Below are positions 1 to 9,723 of a stretch of DNA of 64,000 nucleotides, one piece after another. Location of the stretch: the NCBI GenBank assembly GCA_965247115.1, contig CBDFGR010000002.1:800001-864000 (forward strand). Reading direction: 5' to 3'. Source of the DNA: Myxococcota bacterium (GTDB taxonomy: Bacteria > Myxococcota_A > UBA9160 > SZUA-336). Under the pieces are notes generated by a model. It had not been told where the DNA came from. It saw only the letters and a list, made by a program, of their open reading frames with translations, and did not search any database. Made by a program: the position numbers and the translations under genes. How positions within the stretch are numbered: position 1 is the stretch's first letter; every line of letters starts with the position of its first letter.

Positions 1-678
1 GAAGTGCGGGCCGCGTGAGGCGTCGACGTCCGTCGCGCCTGCGGCCTTCAGCCACATGGGCCAGTCTGGAGCGGCCCGGTCGAAGCGCAGCGAGTCATCG
101 TGAATGAGCACGTGGTGCCGCAGATCCGCTGGTGTTCCGAGCGGATGCGGACCTTCGATCAGATCCGGCCGACACATCGGCACGACGGACTCCGCGAAGA
201 GCTTGCGCACGTCAAGACCGGGGTAGGACCCGCGACCCAGGCGGATCGCCGCGTCGAAGCCGTCCCGATCGAAGTCCACAAGCTCGAGGCTGGCCGAGAT
301 CCGCACGTCGATCTCCGGGTGCGCAGCGTCGAATCGCTCCAGGCGCGGAACTAACCACTTCGACGCAAACGCGGGAGCCACGCTCACGTGCACGGGACCC
401 CGCGTGTCGTGGTCCCCCAGTCGTTCAATTGCCTCCGCCAGCCGGTCGAAGCCTTCGCTGAGTCCGGGGAGGCAGGCCTGGCCGGCGTCAGTGAGCAGGA
501 GCGAGTTCCCCACACGCCGAAAGAGCTTCACGCCCAGGTAGCCCTCGAGCCCTTTCACCTGGTGGCTGACTGCCGCGGGAGTGACGTGCAGTTCGCTGGC
601 GGCCTTCGTGAGGCTGAGGTGCCGGCCCGCGGCCTCAAACGCCCGGAGTGCATTGAGAGGGGGTAGATCTCGAGCCAT
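1..678 (-). CDS. LysR-family transcriptional regulator (GcvA-like); runs off the window edge
   Basis: Manual translation from ATG at 678: MARDLPPLNALRAFEAAGRHLSLTKAASELHVTPAAVSHQVKGLE...FASKWLVPRLERF. Absent from the ORF track because its stop lies outside the window. Confidence 0.93.
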   Translation of the reverse strand, partial: MARDLPPLNALRAFEAAGRHLSLTKAASELHVTPAAVSHQVKGLEGYLGVKLFRRVGNSLLLTDAGQACLPGLSEGFDRLAEAIERLGDHDTRGPVHVSVAPAFASKWLVPRLERFDAAHPEIDVRISASLELVDFDRDGFDAAIRLGRGSYPGLDVRKLFAESVVPMCRPDLIEGPHPLGTPADLRHHVLIHDDSLRFDRAAPDWPMWLKAAGATDVDASRGPHF

Positions 679-684
679 ATCAGG

Positions 685-720
685 ATTGAGAATATCTAAA
701 TTCTAAGTTGAGAACAAATC
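685..720. promoter_or_regulatory. Putative LysR binding site and divergent promoter region
   Basis: AT-rich ATTGAGAATATCTAAAT...GTTGAGAACAAATC with T-N11-A-like dyad immediately upstream of the LysR start. Confidence 0.55.
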
Positions 721-820
721 GTTTGCCGCGCCGCTAACTGGCTCCTATCTGTCGAAACTGTTGCGGACGCTCGACGTCATAGAAGCTCAAGGGATTTAGG
801 GAAACTCAAGGAGAAGGAAG

Positions 821-1753
821 ATGATTGACCTGTACACCGCGGCTACCCCCAACGGCCACAAGGCGTCCCGCCCGTTCAGGCTGGTCGACGCATCGCTCAG
901 CTTCATTGTGCCGCAGGACACCAAGCCCCGTTTAGAGAGCTCGACCTCGTCGGGGCGGATCCCAGAGGTCTTCCCGCTGATCGAGGAGCGCGTGGTGGCG
1001 ATCCACGACATGCGCGCGGAGGCTGACACGCTATCGATCGACCGCCAAGGCTTCGAGCTGCTCCGCCACGTCACCTCGGTCGACGACCTCTACGATCACA
1101 CGGCGGTCCGGTCGGTCTACGAGCGCGAGCTCGAGAGCCTCCTCATCGAAGCGACCGGGGCGGACCGGGTGCAGATCTTTGACTACACGCGTCGGTCAGA
1201 CCACGGGGAAGGCACCGCGAACCCCGAAGGCCAGCGGAGGCCGGCCGGGCGTGTCCACGTCGACTACACCGTGGCCTCGGGACCGATCCGAGCCGCAGAC
1301 ACCCTGGGTGCGGACGAGGTCGAACGTATCCTCCGCACAGGAGGGCGCATCGCACAGGTCAACGTATGGCGGCCGATCGCAGGTCCGGTGCAGAGCTCGC
1401 CGCTCGCACTCGCGGACGCGAGAAGTGTCGGCGAGTCAGAGCTGGTGGCCACCCCGCGGGTGTCCCAAGACCGGATCGGCGAGATCTACCTGATCGCTCA
1501 CGCGCCGGGGCAGAAGTGGTACTGGGCGCCAGAGATGGAGCGCGACGAGGTTCTCCTGATCAAGGGGTGGGACAGCCTCCAGGACGGGCGCTCGCGGTTC
1601 ACTCCTCACGGGTCGTTCACCCTCCCCGATCAGTCCCTGGCTCCGCCACGAGAGAGCATCGAGGCACGCACCTACCTTGTATTCGAAGGGTTGCCGCTGG
1701 TTGGAGCGCCTCGAAGCGCGCCCGGCAGTTCAGCGCAGGCTGATGGTGCCTGA
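821..1753 (+). CDS. CmcJ/NvfI (AsaB-like) family oxidoreductase carrying a GST-derived 16-aa N-terminus
   Basis: VHVDYT, VNVWRPI, PLALADARSV, FTPHGSF and RESIEAR motifs. N-terminus MIDLYTAATPNGHKAS is a YfcG/Ure2p-type GST start. Confidence 0.85.
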   Translation: MIDLYTAATPNGHKASRPFRLVDASLSFIVPQDTKPRLESSTSSGRIPEVFPLIEERVVAIHDMRAEADTLSIDRQGFELLRHVTSVDDLYDHTAVRSVYERELESLLIEATGADRVQIFDYTRRSDHGEGTANPEGQRRPAGRVHVDYTVASGPIRAADTLGADEVERILRTGGRIAQVNVWRPIAGPVQSSPLALADARSVGESELVATPRVSQDRIGEIYLIAHAPGQKWYWAPEMERDEVLLIKGWDSLQDGRSRFTPHGSFTLPDQSLAPPRESIEARTYLVFEGLPLVGAPRSAPGSSAQADGA

Positions 1754-1865
1754 GCCACGCGACCGGAAGAGCGAACCAGAAGTCCAGCGTGCCGTGAGCT
1801 ACGCGCGCCGAATGCTGGCCTGAACCGGCTCACGTCATTGAGCCACCCAAGAAAGGAGAGCTCAG

Positions 1866-2285
1866 ATGCATGCATTCATGAGATTCAACCAGGGACTGCT
1901 GGCGCTGCCCCATCACTTGCAGGCGTGGGTGCTTCTGCTGATCAGCGTCAACCTCGTCACCCCGTTCTTTTTCCTAGGGCACGTGGAGGCGCAGGCCGTT
2001 TTGGTCGCCGGCGCGCTCGGCATGGTACTCATGACGGCACTCACCGCCCGCTTCGGCTTCAGCCGAATCATCGGCCTGGGACACATCGCCTGGGTACCCC
2101 TTCTGGGCTTCCTGTGGATACAGCTCCCCGATGTCCCGGCGACCGATGCCTTCGGGCTGTGGCTCCGGGCCGTCATCGTGCTCGACGCAATCTCGCTCGC
2201 GTTCGATGCCGTCGACGTGGTCCGCTTCGCACTCGGCGACCGCGCAGAGACAGTGCCGACGCTGGCGCCTGCGCGCGGAGAATAG
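1866..2285 (+). CDS. Small membrane protein (about 4 TM helices)
   Basis: Hydrophobic ORF; AAGGAG RBS upstream; alternative ATG at 1878. Confidence 0.75.
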   Translation: MHAFMRFNQGLLALPHHLQAWVLLLISVNLVTPFFFLGHVEAQAVLVAGALGMVLMTALTARFGFSRIIGLGHIAWVPLLGFLWIQLPDVPATDAFGLWLRAVIVLDAISLAFDAVDVVRFALGDRAETVPTLAPARGE

Positions 2286-2289
2286 ACTC

Positions 2290-3027
2290 GTGGCCACCAA
2301 CGAGCCCGGCATCTTCGAGATCATCAACACTACGCGGGCGATGAAGCGGCTGAAGCCGAACCCCGTGCCGCTCGAGCTCCTCCGCAAGGTGCTCGACGCC
2401 GGCACGAAAGCGCCGAGCGGAGTCAACACGCAACCGTGGGAGTTCCTGGTCGTGCGGGACCCCGAGACGAAGAAGTGGGTCCAGGAGCGCTACCTGCACT
2501 TCACGAAGGAGCGCTTCGGCGCCCTCGTCGACTCGCTCGAAGGAGTGGACACCCCACACCCGCGAATGCTCCGCACCGTGATGCACCTGGCCGAGCACCT
2601 GCACGAGGCGCCGGTGCTGCTCTTCGTCTGCGGCCACCGGGACTGGCCCGCCGCAGTGCCGGCCGAGCAGCGCGTGGGCAAGGCGCCAGCGCCTTACGGG
2701 TCGATCTACCCCTGCATGCAGAACATCCTGCTCGCTTGCCGTGCCGTTGGGCTCGGCGCCTCGCCGACGACGATGCATCACATGTTCGAGGAGGAGCTCG
2801 CCCAGCACCTCGGGGTGCCCGAGGATGTCGCCATCGTCGCTCTGCTTCCGATCGGATTCCCGCAGGGCCGCTTCGGACCCGTGACGCGGAAGCCGGCCGG
2901 GGACCTCAGCCACTTCGACCGCTGGGGCCGGCGGGACAGCGGCCCCGTTCTTAGTCCAGAACATATCGCCCCGCGGTACAGCGCGGAGCAGATCGTAGAG
3001 AAAGGAGACGAGAAATGTCGTACCTGA
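2290..3027 (+). CDS. Nitroreductase family protein
   Basis: TTRAMKRLKP, KAPSGVNTQPWEF, QNILLACRAVGLG and LPIGFP motifs; GTG start at 2290. Confidence 0.88.
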   Translation: MATNEPGIFEIINTTRAMKRLKPNPVPLELLRKVLDAGTKAPSGVNTQPWEFLVVRDPETKKWVQERYLHFTKERFGALVDSLEGVDTPHPRMLRTVMHLAEHLHEAPVLLFVCGHRDWPAAVPAEQRVGKAPAPYGSIYPCMQNILLACRAVGLGASPTTMHHMFEEELAQHLGVPEDVAIVALLPIGFPQGRFGPVTRKPAGDLSHFDRWGRRDSGPVLSPEHIAPRYSAEQIVEKGDEKCRT

Positions 3028-3569
3028 GCTACTCGAAGGATTTCCAAGGCGTCGCCGAGGTCTTCCTGCGCGACCCCAATCGCTACGCGCCGCTCTTACA
3101 GTTCATCGAGGCCGTCATGGTCGACGAGTCGGCCCTTACCAAAGCCGAACGAGAGATGATCGCCGCCCACGTCTCGAAGCTAAACGGCTGTGACTACTGC
3201 CTGGGTGTCCATCAATCGACCCTAGTTGGCCTGCACATCGACTCCCAGGTGATAGCTGCCGTCGAGGAGGGACCGGAGGCTGCTGGCGTCGACGACAGGC
3301 TCCGCCCCATCCTTCGCTTCGCCACCAAGCTGACGCAGACGCCCGAGGATGTGGGGCAATCCGACATCGACGCCCTGCGCGCTGCCGGATGGTCCGACCA
3401 ATCCATAGAAGACACGATCAACGTCATCGCCCTCTACAGCTACATGAATCGCCTGGTCGACGCCTTCGGCATCAAGGGTCATGAGGCGTACTTCAAGCAG
3501 GTGGGCGCGGCCCTCGCCAAGCACGGTTACGCCCCGCTTATCAGGACCGCGCTGAAGAAGGCGAGCTGA
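3015..3569 (+). CDS. AhpD/carboxymuconolactone decarboxylase-family peroxidase-related enzyme
   Basis: EREMIAAHVSKLNGCDYCLGVH (CxxC-H motif); AAAGGAG RBS. Confidence 0.9.
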   Translation: MSYLSYSKDFQGVAEVFLRDPNRYAPLLQFIEAVMVDESALTKAEREMIAAHVSKLNGCDYCLGVHQSTLVGLHIDSQVIAAVEEGPEAAGVDDRLRPILRFATKLTQTPEDVGQSDIDALRAAGWSDQSIEDTINVIALYSYMNRLVDAFGIKGHEAYFKQVGAALAKHGYAPLIRTALKKAS

Positions 3570-3620
3570 CCACACGATTAGTACACCTAAAGCCTCGACC
3601 AAAGGAACGGAGAAAAGGCA

Positions 3621-3672
3621 ATGAGCAAGTTGAGTAACAAAGTCGCAGTCGCTACCGGAGGAAGCAGTGGAA
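3621..3672 (+). pseudogene. N-terminal stub of a short-chain dehydrogenase
   Basis: MSKLSNKVAVATGGSSG with GGAG RBS, after which SDR similarity is abruptly lost. Confidence 0.7.
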
Positions 3673-4133
3673 GCCAATGCCCCTTGAACTCGGCCTCTGG
3701 TCCACTTGGTCCGCTTGATTTGAGAGAATGGGAGACAAGGGAATCTAAGTTGGTCGAACTTGGATTCGTCTGTCGGACAATGCGGCTCGCATCGCGGACC
3801 AAGCGGGCCCCCGCAGAACCTTCAGTCAAAGCGGGGGCTTGTGGTGGCCCGCTCGCGGGCCACGTTCCGGTAGTTGCGGACCACTCGCCGCGTGGCCGGC
3901 CGCTGCCGAGTGGCTCGGCCTGTTTGCCCCAGACGGGGAAAGACCAGCTCGGCGGGATGCAACGTTCGGTTACAGTGCTTCGGGACCTTGCACAGCGTCG
4001 CCCTGCTCCGCGATCGCTCGACGACGCTGCGAGTTGGCTTCGCGTCGCGCCTGTTCTCGCGTTAGCGACGCCCGCCGGCGCCCACGCGGAGTGAAGCGTG
4101 CGGGGGAACAGGGTGGAGACCGAGGAGGTAGAG

Positions 4134-4234
4134 GAGTGAGGGTGAAGACAGTGGCTGCGGTGGAGGTCGCCCCGCTGTGAAGACCCCCTCCTCGGGGACC
4201 GGGACCTAGAAGTCGGGACCCGAAGGTCGTCGAG
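4134..4234 (+). repeat. 101-bp direct repeat, copy 1 (copy 2 at 7048-7148)
   Basis: GAGTGAGGGTGAAGACAGTGGC...GGGACCCGAAGG(T/C)CGTCGAG; 3 mismatches between copies by eye. Confidence 0.95.
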
Positions 4235-4257
4235 CCGATTGGGCTATGCTCCCACCC

Positions 4258-4722
4258 ATGATCACATTCTCGTTGAACGGCGAAATCGTGCAGCTCAACG
4301 TCGAGCCCGACACCCCGGTGCTCTGGGCGATCCGAGACGAGATCGGCCTGACCGGAACCAAGTTCGGCTGCGGCATCGGCCAGTGCGGTGCCTGCACCGT
4401 GCAGCTCGACGGCACACCGGTGCGGAGCTGCCAGCTCCCGGTGACGGCGCTCGAGGGCCGCAACGTGACCACGGTCGAGGGACTCTCTCCCGACGGCGCG
4501 CACCCGCTCCAGCGCGCCTGGGTCGAGTTCAGCGTACCGCAGTGCGGCTACTGCCAGTCCGGACAGCTCATGTCGGCGGCGGCGCTGCTCGCGGACAAGC
4601 CGGATCCGAGCGACGACGACATCGACGCCGCCATGTCGGGGAACATCTGCCGCTGCGGCACCTACAACCGGATCCGCGCCGCCATACATCGGGCGGCGGA
4701 GCTCCAGAGGGAGGGCGCGTGA
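4258..4722 (+). CDS. iorA: (2Fe-2S)-binding small subunit, isoquinoline 1-oxidoreductase alpha-like
   Basis: [24 protein letters not shown] and NICRCGTY motifs. TATGCT -10-like box lies 6 nt before ATG 4258 (possibly leaderless); alternative ATG at 4246. Confidence 0.9.
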   Translation: MITFSLNGEIVQLNVEPDTPVLWAIRDEIGLTGTKFGCGIGQCGACTVQLDGTPVRSCQLPVTALEGRNVTTVEGLSPDGAHPLQRAWVEFSVPQCGYCQSGQLMSAAALLADKPDPSDDDIDAAMSGNICRCGTYNRIRAAIHRAAELQREGA

Positions 4723-6912
4723 TGGCGGGGGTCAGCCGGCGGGCGTTCCTCCAGGGCACGGGCGTCGCGGCCGGCGGCCTCCTCGCCGGCTGTGTGATCG
4801 GCAAGAGCGGAGTCACGCTCGCGTCCGAGCGCTCCTTCGACGGCGCGGCCTTCGACGCCTGGCTCCAGATCACGCCCGACGACCGGATCATCCTGCAGCT
4901 CGACAAGGTCGAGATGGGACAGGGCACCTCGACCGGCCTCGCGACGCTGCTCGCCGAGGAGCTCGAGGTCGACGCCGAGCGCATCGAGGTGCGCCACGCC
5001 CCGGTCCACGAGCAGTTCCAGGATCCGCTCCAGGTCACGGGCGGCAGCACCAGCATCCGGACGCGCTTCGAGCCGCTACGGCGCACCCGGGGCGCAGGCG
5101 CGCGAGCGCATGAAGCAGGTCGCGGCCGAGCGCTGGGGTGTGAGCCCCGAGCTCCTGCTGGCGGAGAACGGAACGATCCGCGACCCGTCGACCGACCGCT
5201 CGTTCCGCTACGGCGAGCTCGCCGGCGACGCCGCGCGCATCCCGGCGCCCGACGACGTGCCGCTCAAGTCGCCGTCCGAGTTCAAGCAGATCGGGCAGAG
5301 CTTCCCGCGGCTCGATGCGGAGGCCAAAGCGACCGGCCGTGCGAAGTTCGGTATCGACGCGCAGGTGCCGGGTCTGCGCACGGCCGTGGTCGTGCACTCG
5401 CCCCACCAGCGGGGTGTGCTCGTCTCCTTCGACGACGCGAAGGCGCGCGCGGTGCTCGGCGTGGAGGACGTGTTCGAAATCTCGACTGGCGTCGCGGTGG
5501 TGGCGACGAGCTACTGGCGCGCGCGCAAGGGCGCGAACGCGCTCGAGGTCACGTGGGACCCCGGCGAGAGCCGGGGCGTCTCGAGCGACTTCATCCGGCG
5601 GGAGCAGAGGCGTCGCCTCGACGAGGAGAGCGGCAAGACGGTGCGCGACGACGGCGACGTGGGGGACGCGTTCGAGGCCGCCGCGAAGGTGATCGAGGCC
5701 GAGTACTACGCGCCCTACCTGGCGCACGCGACGATGGAGCCGATGAACTGTACGGTCGTGCCGGGCGAGGGACGCTGCGACGTGTACCTCGGCACGCAGG
5801 CGCCCGACATCGCCCAGGAGTGGGTCGCGAGCAACATGGACTGCCCGCGCGAGGAGGTGTTCGTGCACAACGCCTTCCTCGGCGGAGGCTTCGGTCGGCG
5901 CGGCTTCTCGGACTACGCGGGCGAGGCGGCCGAGATCGCAAAGAGGACGGGGAAGCCGGTCAAGCTGGTCTGGTCGCGCGAGGACGACACGACCCAGGAC
6001 TACTATCGCCCCGCCTCGACCCACCGGCTGCGCGCCGGCTTCGACGAGGGCGGAAACGTGACCGCCTGGGAGCACCGCCTGGTGATCCCGGCCATCTTCC
6101 CGTACGTGACCGACGGGTCGCTGAGCACGCTCGCGCCCGAGTGGCTGCGCGGAGTCGCGAACTCGCTCGGCCAGGGCGTCGTCAACCTCGCGATGCGCTA
6201 CATGGGCCCCATGTCGGCGCGCGAGGGCGCGGCGGAGCTCCCGTACCGGATCGAGAACGTGCGCTTCAAGACACAGGGATGGGACCCGGGCATTCCGGTC
6301 GGCTTCTGGCGCTCGGTCGGCCACTCGCACAACGGTTTCGTCGTCGAGGGCTTCATCGACGAGCTCGCGCATGCGGCGGGCCGCGACCCGGCCAAGTTCA
6401 GGCGCGAGCTGCTCTCGGACCACCCCCGCCACCTGGCCGCGCTCGAGCTCGCGCTCGAGAAGTCGGTCTGGGGCTCACCGCCCGAGGGCCGCTACCAGGG
6501 CCTGGCGGTGCATGAGTCGTTCGAGTCGGTCGTAGCCGAGGTAGCGGAGGTCTCGGTCGAGAACGACCAGATCCGCGTGCACCGCGTCACGTGCGCGGTC
6601 GACTGTGGCATCGCCGTGAACCCCGACATCGTGCGCGCGCAGATGGAGAGCGGGATCATCTACGGCCTGACCGCCGCGCTGAAGGGCGAGATCACGTTCG
6701 AGGACGGGGCCGCGGTGCAGACCAACTTCCACGACTACCCGATGCTCCGAATGAACGAGACGCCCGCGATCGACGTGTACATCGTGCCGAGCGACGCCCC
6801 GCCGACGGGCGTTGGCGAGCCCGGCACGCCGCCGATCGGGCCCGCTGTCGCCAACGCGATCTACGCGGCAACGGGCGTGCGTCTCCGGGAGCTCCCGCTC
6901 CGGCTCGTCTAG
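4722..6912 (+). pseudogene. iorB: Molybdopterin-binding large subunit (IorB-like) with Tat signal and a +1 frameshift near 5086
   Basis: [21 protein letters not shown] and TGGSTSI lie in one frame; HATMEPMNC, GGGFGRR, FWRSVG and GVGEPG lie in the 5110 frame. ACC-C-GGG-GCG-CAG shows one extra C. Could be a sequencing error. Confidence 0.85.
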
Positions 6913-6944
6913 ACTCTACTCTGCGAACTTTGCCTCGGAACAGC

Positions 6945-7051
6945 GGGATCCTGGCATGGGTGTAGGTGAAGACGGGGGTCTTGGAGTGAGAGTCCCTCCT
7001 GGGGGATCCTGGCCTGGGGGCAGGTGAAGACGGGGGTCGTGGAGTGAGAGT
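6945..7051 (+). repeat. Tandem pair of 49-bp units (period 58) containing GGTGAAGAC
   Basis: 6945-6993 versus 7003-7051, 45/49 identical. Confidence 0.85.
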
Positions 7052-7148
7052 GAGGGTGAAGACAGTGGCTGCGGTGGAGGTCGCCCCGCTGTGAAGACCT
7101 CCTCCTCGGGGACCGGGACCTAGAGGTCGGGACCCGAAGGCCGTCGAG
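7048..7148 (+). repeat. 101-bp direct repeat, copy 2
   Basis: Matches 4134-4234. Confidence 0.95.
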
Positions 7149-7180
7149 GTGGACCATCCTGCCAGCTCGCTCGTCCAGGT

Positions 7181-7513
7181 CTACATACGGCTACAGGGCA
7201 GCGTCTCGCCTCGAATCTCGATGCGACAATCCGCCAGGCGAAGGACGCGGCCCGCCGTCTCGGTAAGATCGAGGCCGCGAATCAGGAGGTTCGCGCGCCG
7301 CGCGACTGGATCGACTTTTACACCCAGCTCACCCGTCGCCGTCTCCCAGGCGTCCGCATCCAGAAGCGTTACTTGTCGGTACCCGCCGCGAGCTGCATTG
7401 CCTTCGATTCCCACATCCTTGATCAGATTCGCCGCATCGACCGGCTCCATCGGTCCCAGGCGACCCGTCTTTAGCCAGATCGCCTCGACGCGCGCGTCAC
7501 CGTTTGCTCCCAT
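7181..7513 (-). pseudogene. MOSC domain protein, C-terminally truncated
   Basis: VEAIWLK, RQVTLL, ARRANLLIRG and GETLPCSRM, followed by an early TAG. Confidence 0.75.
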
Positions 7514-7860
7514 TAGTTCGAGGTCACTTCGAGAGTCGAGACGTGAAGGTTCAAGCCGTGGTTTACGCGGAGGCCGACGCTGCCATCGACGTGGTGGCCA
7601 GCCCGCTCGGTCGCGTACACCTCTTGGCCGTTTACGTGGAGGGTCAAGCGCTCGGCTCGGCCTCGACTGCGAGGACGTTCTTGACGGTGGGCGAGTCGGC
7701 GCCACGTCACTACCGCGTCGTGTGGCGTCCACCCGTGCAGCGTCGAGGTCGCCATGCCATCGCGACTCTTCACCAAGACGCTTCCGTCCTTCCGAATCAA
7801 GAAGTACGTATAAACCTGCGCTTCGCCCTCGAGGTCGCCGCCAAAGAAGATTCCGAACGA
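7513..7860 (-). pseudogene. C-terminal fragment of a beta-sandwich (DUF1080/ConA-like) protein
   Basis: FGIFFGG..YTYFLIRKDG..VNGQEV..GSVGLRVNHGLNLHV; 5' part is replaced by AT-rich att-like DNA. Confidence 0.55.
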
Positions 7861-7924
7861 GGTCACGGTACCTCACTCCCGCACTCTTTCCACAGGTCGG
7901 GGCTCTTCTCATTTTATTCAATTG

Positions 7925-7937
7925 AATCAGTTAGTTA
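7925..7937 (+). promoter_or_regulatory. IHF-consensus site in an AT-rich, element-end-like tract
   Basis: AATCAGTTAGTTA matches WATCARNNNNTTR. Confidence 0.5.
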
Positions 7938-8052
7938 AGTCGTCTCTTGCATAATCGACGGGACGATCCCGCTGTCGCCGCTCGGGTGGGAGATGTGCCC
8001 CCGCTCAGCGGATACTCGGTCGTCACGCAGAAGGGGCCGAGGGCGACGCGAC

Positions 8053-8283
8053 TTGAGCAAAGTCCCACTGAGTATGTTGCGGGCTTTTCGGGATCAGCGA
8101 GGGCTACGTCAGATCGACGTGGCTTCGATGGCGGGAGTCGACCCCAAGGTTGTCAAGCGAATCGACCGGGGTGAGATCATGGGCATGAAGATGCGATCGC
8201 TCATACGCGTTGCCGCAGCGCTGAAGGTGAGTCCCGTGGATCTTGTACCTGGCCTTGCGGCTGTCCCGAAGCTACGGGACTAG
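8053..8283 (+). CDS. XRE/Cro-C1 helix-turn-helix protein
   Basis: LRAFRDQRGLRQIDVASMAGVDPKVVKRIDRGE...LIRVAAALKVSPVDL; start TTG 8053 or ATG 8074. Confidence 0.8.
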   Translation: MSKVPLSMLRAFRDQRGLRQIDVASMAGVDPKVVKRIDRGEIMGMKMRSLIRVAAALKVSPVDLVPGLAAVPKLRD

Positions 8284-8304
8284 ACGAGCTGGTAGACGAT
8301 CCTC

Positions 8305-8412
8305 GTGATTATTGTGATTTCTGTGACAGTCCCGCAAAAGGTCCTTTTGAACACATCATCTCTCTCTGATTCTTACGACACACCCCCTACACAAAATCAC
8401 AGTAATCACAGA
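8305..8412. repeat. Inverted arrays of 9-bp GTGATT iterons
   Basis: GTGATTATTGTGATTT (8305-8320) versus the reverse complement of 8394-8409: 15/16 match. Confidence 0.75.
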
Positions 8413-8434
8413 ATTCGATCGTGCGGAGGTGGCC

Positions 8435-8827
8435 TTAGGGCGTGACGTCGACCAGCAGGCTGTCCGAGACGAGCCGACCGATTCCGGACTTCAGGAGCTC
8501 CTCGAGCCAGCTCTGAAACTCCGAATCGGCATACAGCTTCGCGTTGTTTGCTGCGAACGCGGCCAGGCTAGGGTGATCGATCACGATCGAGACGGTGTTC
8601 GTGTTGGGTCCGGCGAAGGTCGCCCGGAAGATCCGCGAAGCCGGGGCGCCGAGGCGCTTCCTGATCGCCATTACCTGCGACTGACGCTGCAGGAATTCGT
8701 CTAGCTGACCCGGTTGGACCTCGAACAGGATGACACGTCTTTGCGCGGGTCCCTGTGCCTGCGCGGCCGCGACTGCCGGCAAGCCAACCACAGTCGCCAG
8801 GAGTGTTAGAAGAGCCATTCGTCTCAC
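8435..8827 (-). CDS. Small secreted protein (NIPSNAP/dimeric alpha-beta barrel-like)
   Basis: Signal peptide MALLTLLATVVGLPAVAAAQA followed by FEVQPGQLDEF. Confidence 0.7.
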   Translation of the reverse strand: MRRMALLTLLATVVGLPAVAAAQAQGPAQRRVILFEVQPGQLDEFLQRQSQVMAIRKRLGAPASRIFRATFAGPNTNTVSIVIDHPSLAAFAANNAKLYADSEFQSWLEELLKSGIGRLVSDSLLVDVTP

Positions 8828-8967
8828 TCGCTCACGGCCGAGCGCGTCCTAGGAAGGAGGGTCCGTATAGGGCCGTGGGCCGTTCCCGATGCAGCCCTGT
8901 GCCACTGTGTGCAGCCCCTTGCAAGGCCGCAGGCGCAACTACACGTAACTTCTAGGGGTGGGCGTGT

Positions 8968-9013
8968 ATTCGTAATCAGCAGGTCAGCGGTTCGAGTCCG
9001 CTCGTCGGCTCCA
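8968..9013 (+). mobile_element. att scar: 3' half of tRNA-Thr(CGT), copy 1
   Basis: ATTCGTAATCAGCAGGTCAGCGGTTCGAGTCCGCTCGTCGGCTCCA contains anticodon loop, T arm and CCA; no D arm or 5' acceptor strand upstream. Confidence 0.9.
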
Positions 9014-9062
9014 GGGATTCCAGGCACTTACGCCGGAATCGCCCGCCCGTGGGACGCCGGAA

Positions 9063-9082
9063 TGTAGCAACGGTGTAGCAAC
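9063..9082 (+). repeat. Putative integrase arm-type tandem site TGTAGCAAC x2
   Basis: TGTAGCAACGGTGTAGCAAC; counterpart TGTAACAACGATGTAGCAGC at 17950-17969. Confidence 0.65.
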
Positions 9083-9723
9083 GGGGAGCACCTGCCGGCG
9101 GCCCCCAAGTACTGCCGAGGCACAGATGGGTGCGGGACGCGGACGAATTCGCAGAGCCCTAGTCAGGGCCTTCCTTGAGCAGATCCCTTCCGAGGCACTC
9201 GATGACTTCCAAGTTGAGGTCCGCCAAATGAAAACGATCAGCTCGGGGCAGCGTCTGGGAAGCGCTCATGTAACTTGCCTACGGCTGCATGGACTGTCAT
9301 TCCGAAACCGAACAAGGCCCACCGCGCCCGCGCGCGTCATACCCGCGGTCTCAAGCCACCCAGCGCCTCACGGCTGGCGAGAGAGAAGCACAGGGAGGAG
9401 TCCAACCCGATCACTGACTACATCGAGAAGCGGTGCAGCCTGACGCGCATCCCTGGTCGCTCCTCTCTGTTCCCTGAGCAGTATATCGGCCGAGCAGCGG
9501 CAAAGGGCTGCGATCAGGGGACGAAAAGAGAGAGAAAGGAAAAGAGGGCGGACAGGTCGGGCTGCGCATGGCCGACGCGATCGAGCAGAAACCGGGACCT
9601 TATTTCTTGTGGGTGCGGCGCTTCGACCGCTTTTCGATGTAAACAATATGGTTTTCGCACTCGGCGGGATTATTTAGGCGGGAAGGTTCATATTCGAGAT
9701 CTCCACCGGAGGTGTAACGGAGC

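Noticed and set aside
4239..6515. 758-aa ORF and other long overlapping or antisense ORFs (e.g. 16153-17556, 26340-28046, 29549-30799, 40218-41402)
   Set aside because: Shadow frames of GC-rich genes. The 758-aa ORF is real only for the iorB N-terminus (4722-5086).
6945..7148. CRISPR array
   Set aside because: Only two long units plus short motifs, no unique spacers of regular length, and no cas genes.
7181..7183. Read-through of the MOSC stop codon
   Set aside because: The stop is TAG, and the downstream sequence does not resume MOSC-like residues; this is a truncation junction.
8968..9013. Functional tRNA genes at 8968 and 18066
   Set aside because: Only anticodon loop to CCA is present; upstream sequence cannot form the D arm or acceptor stem.
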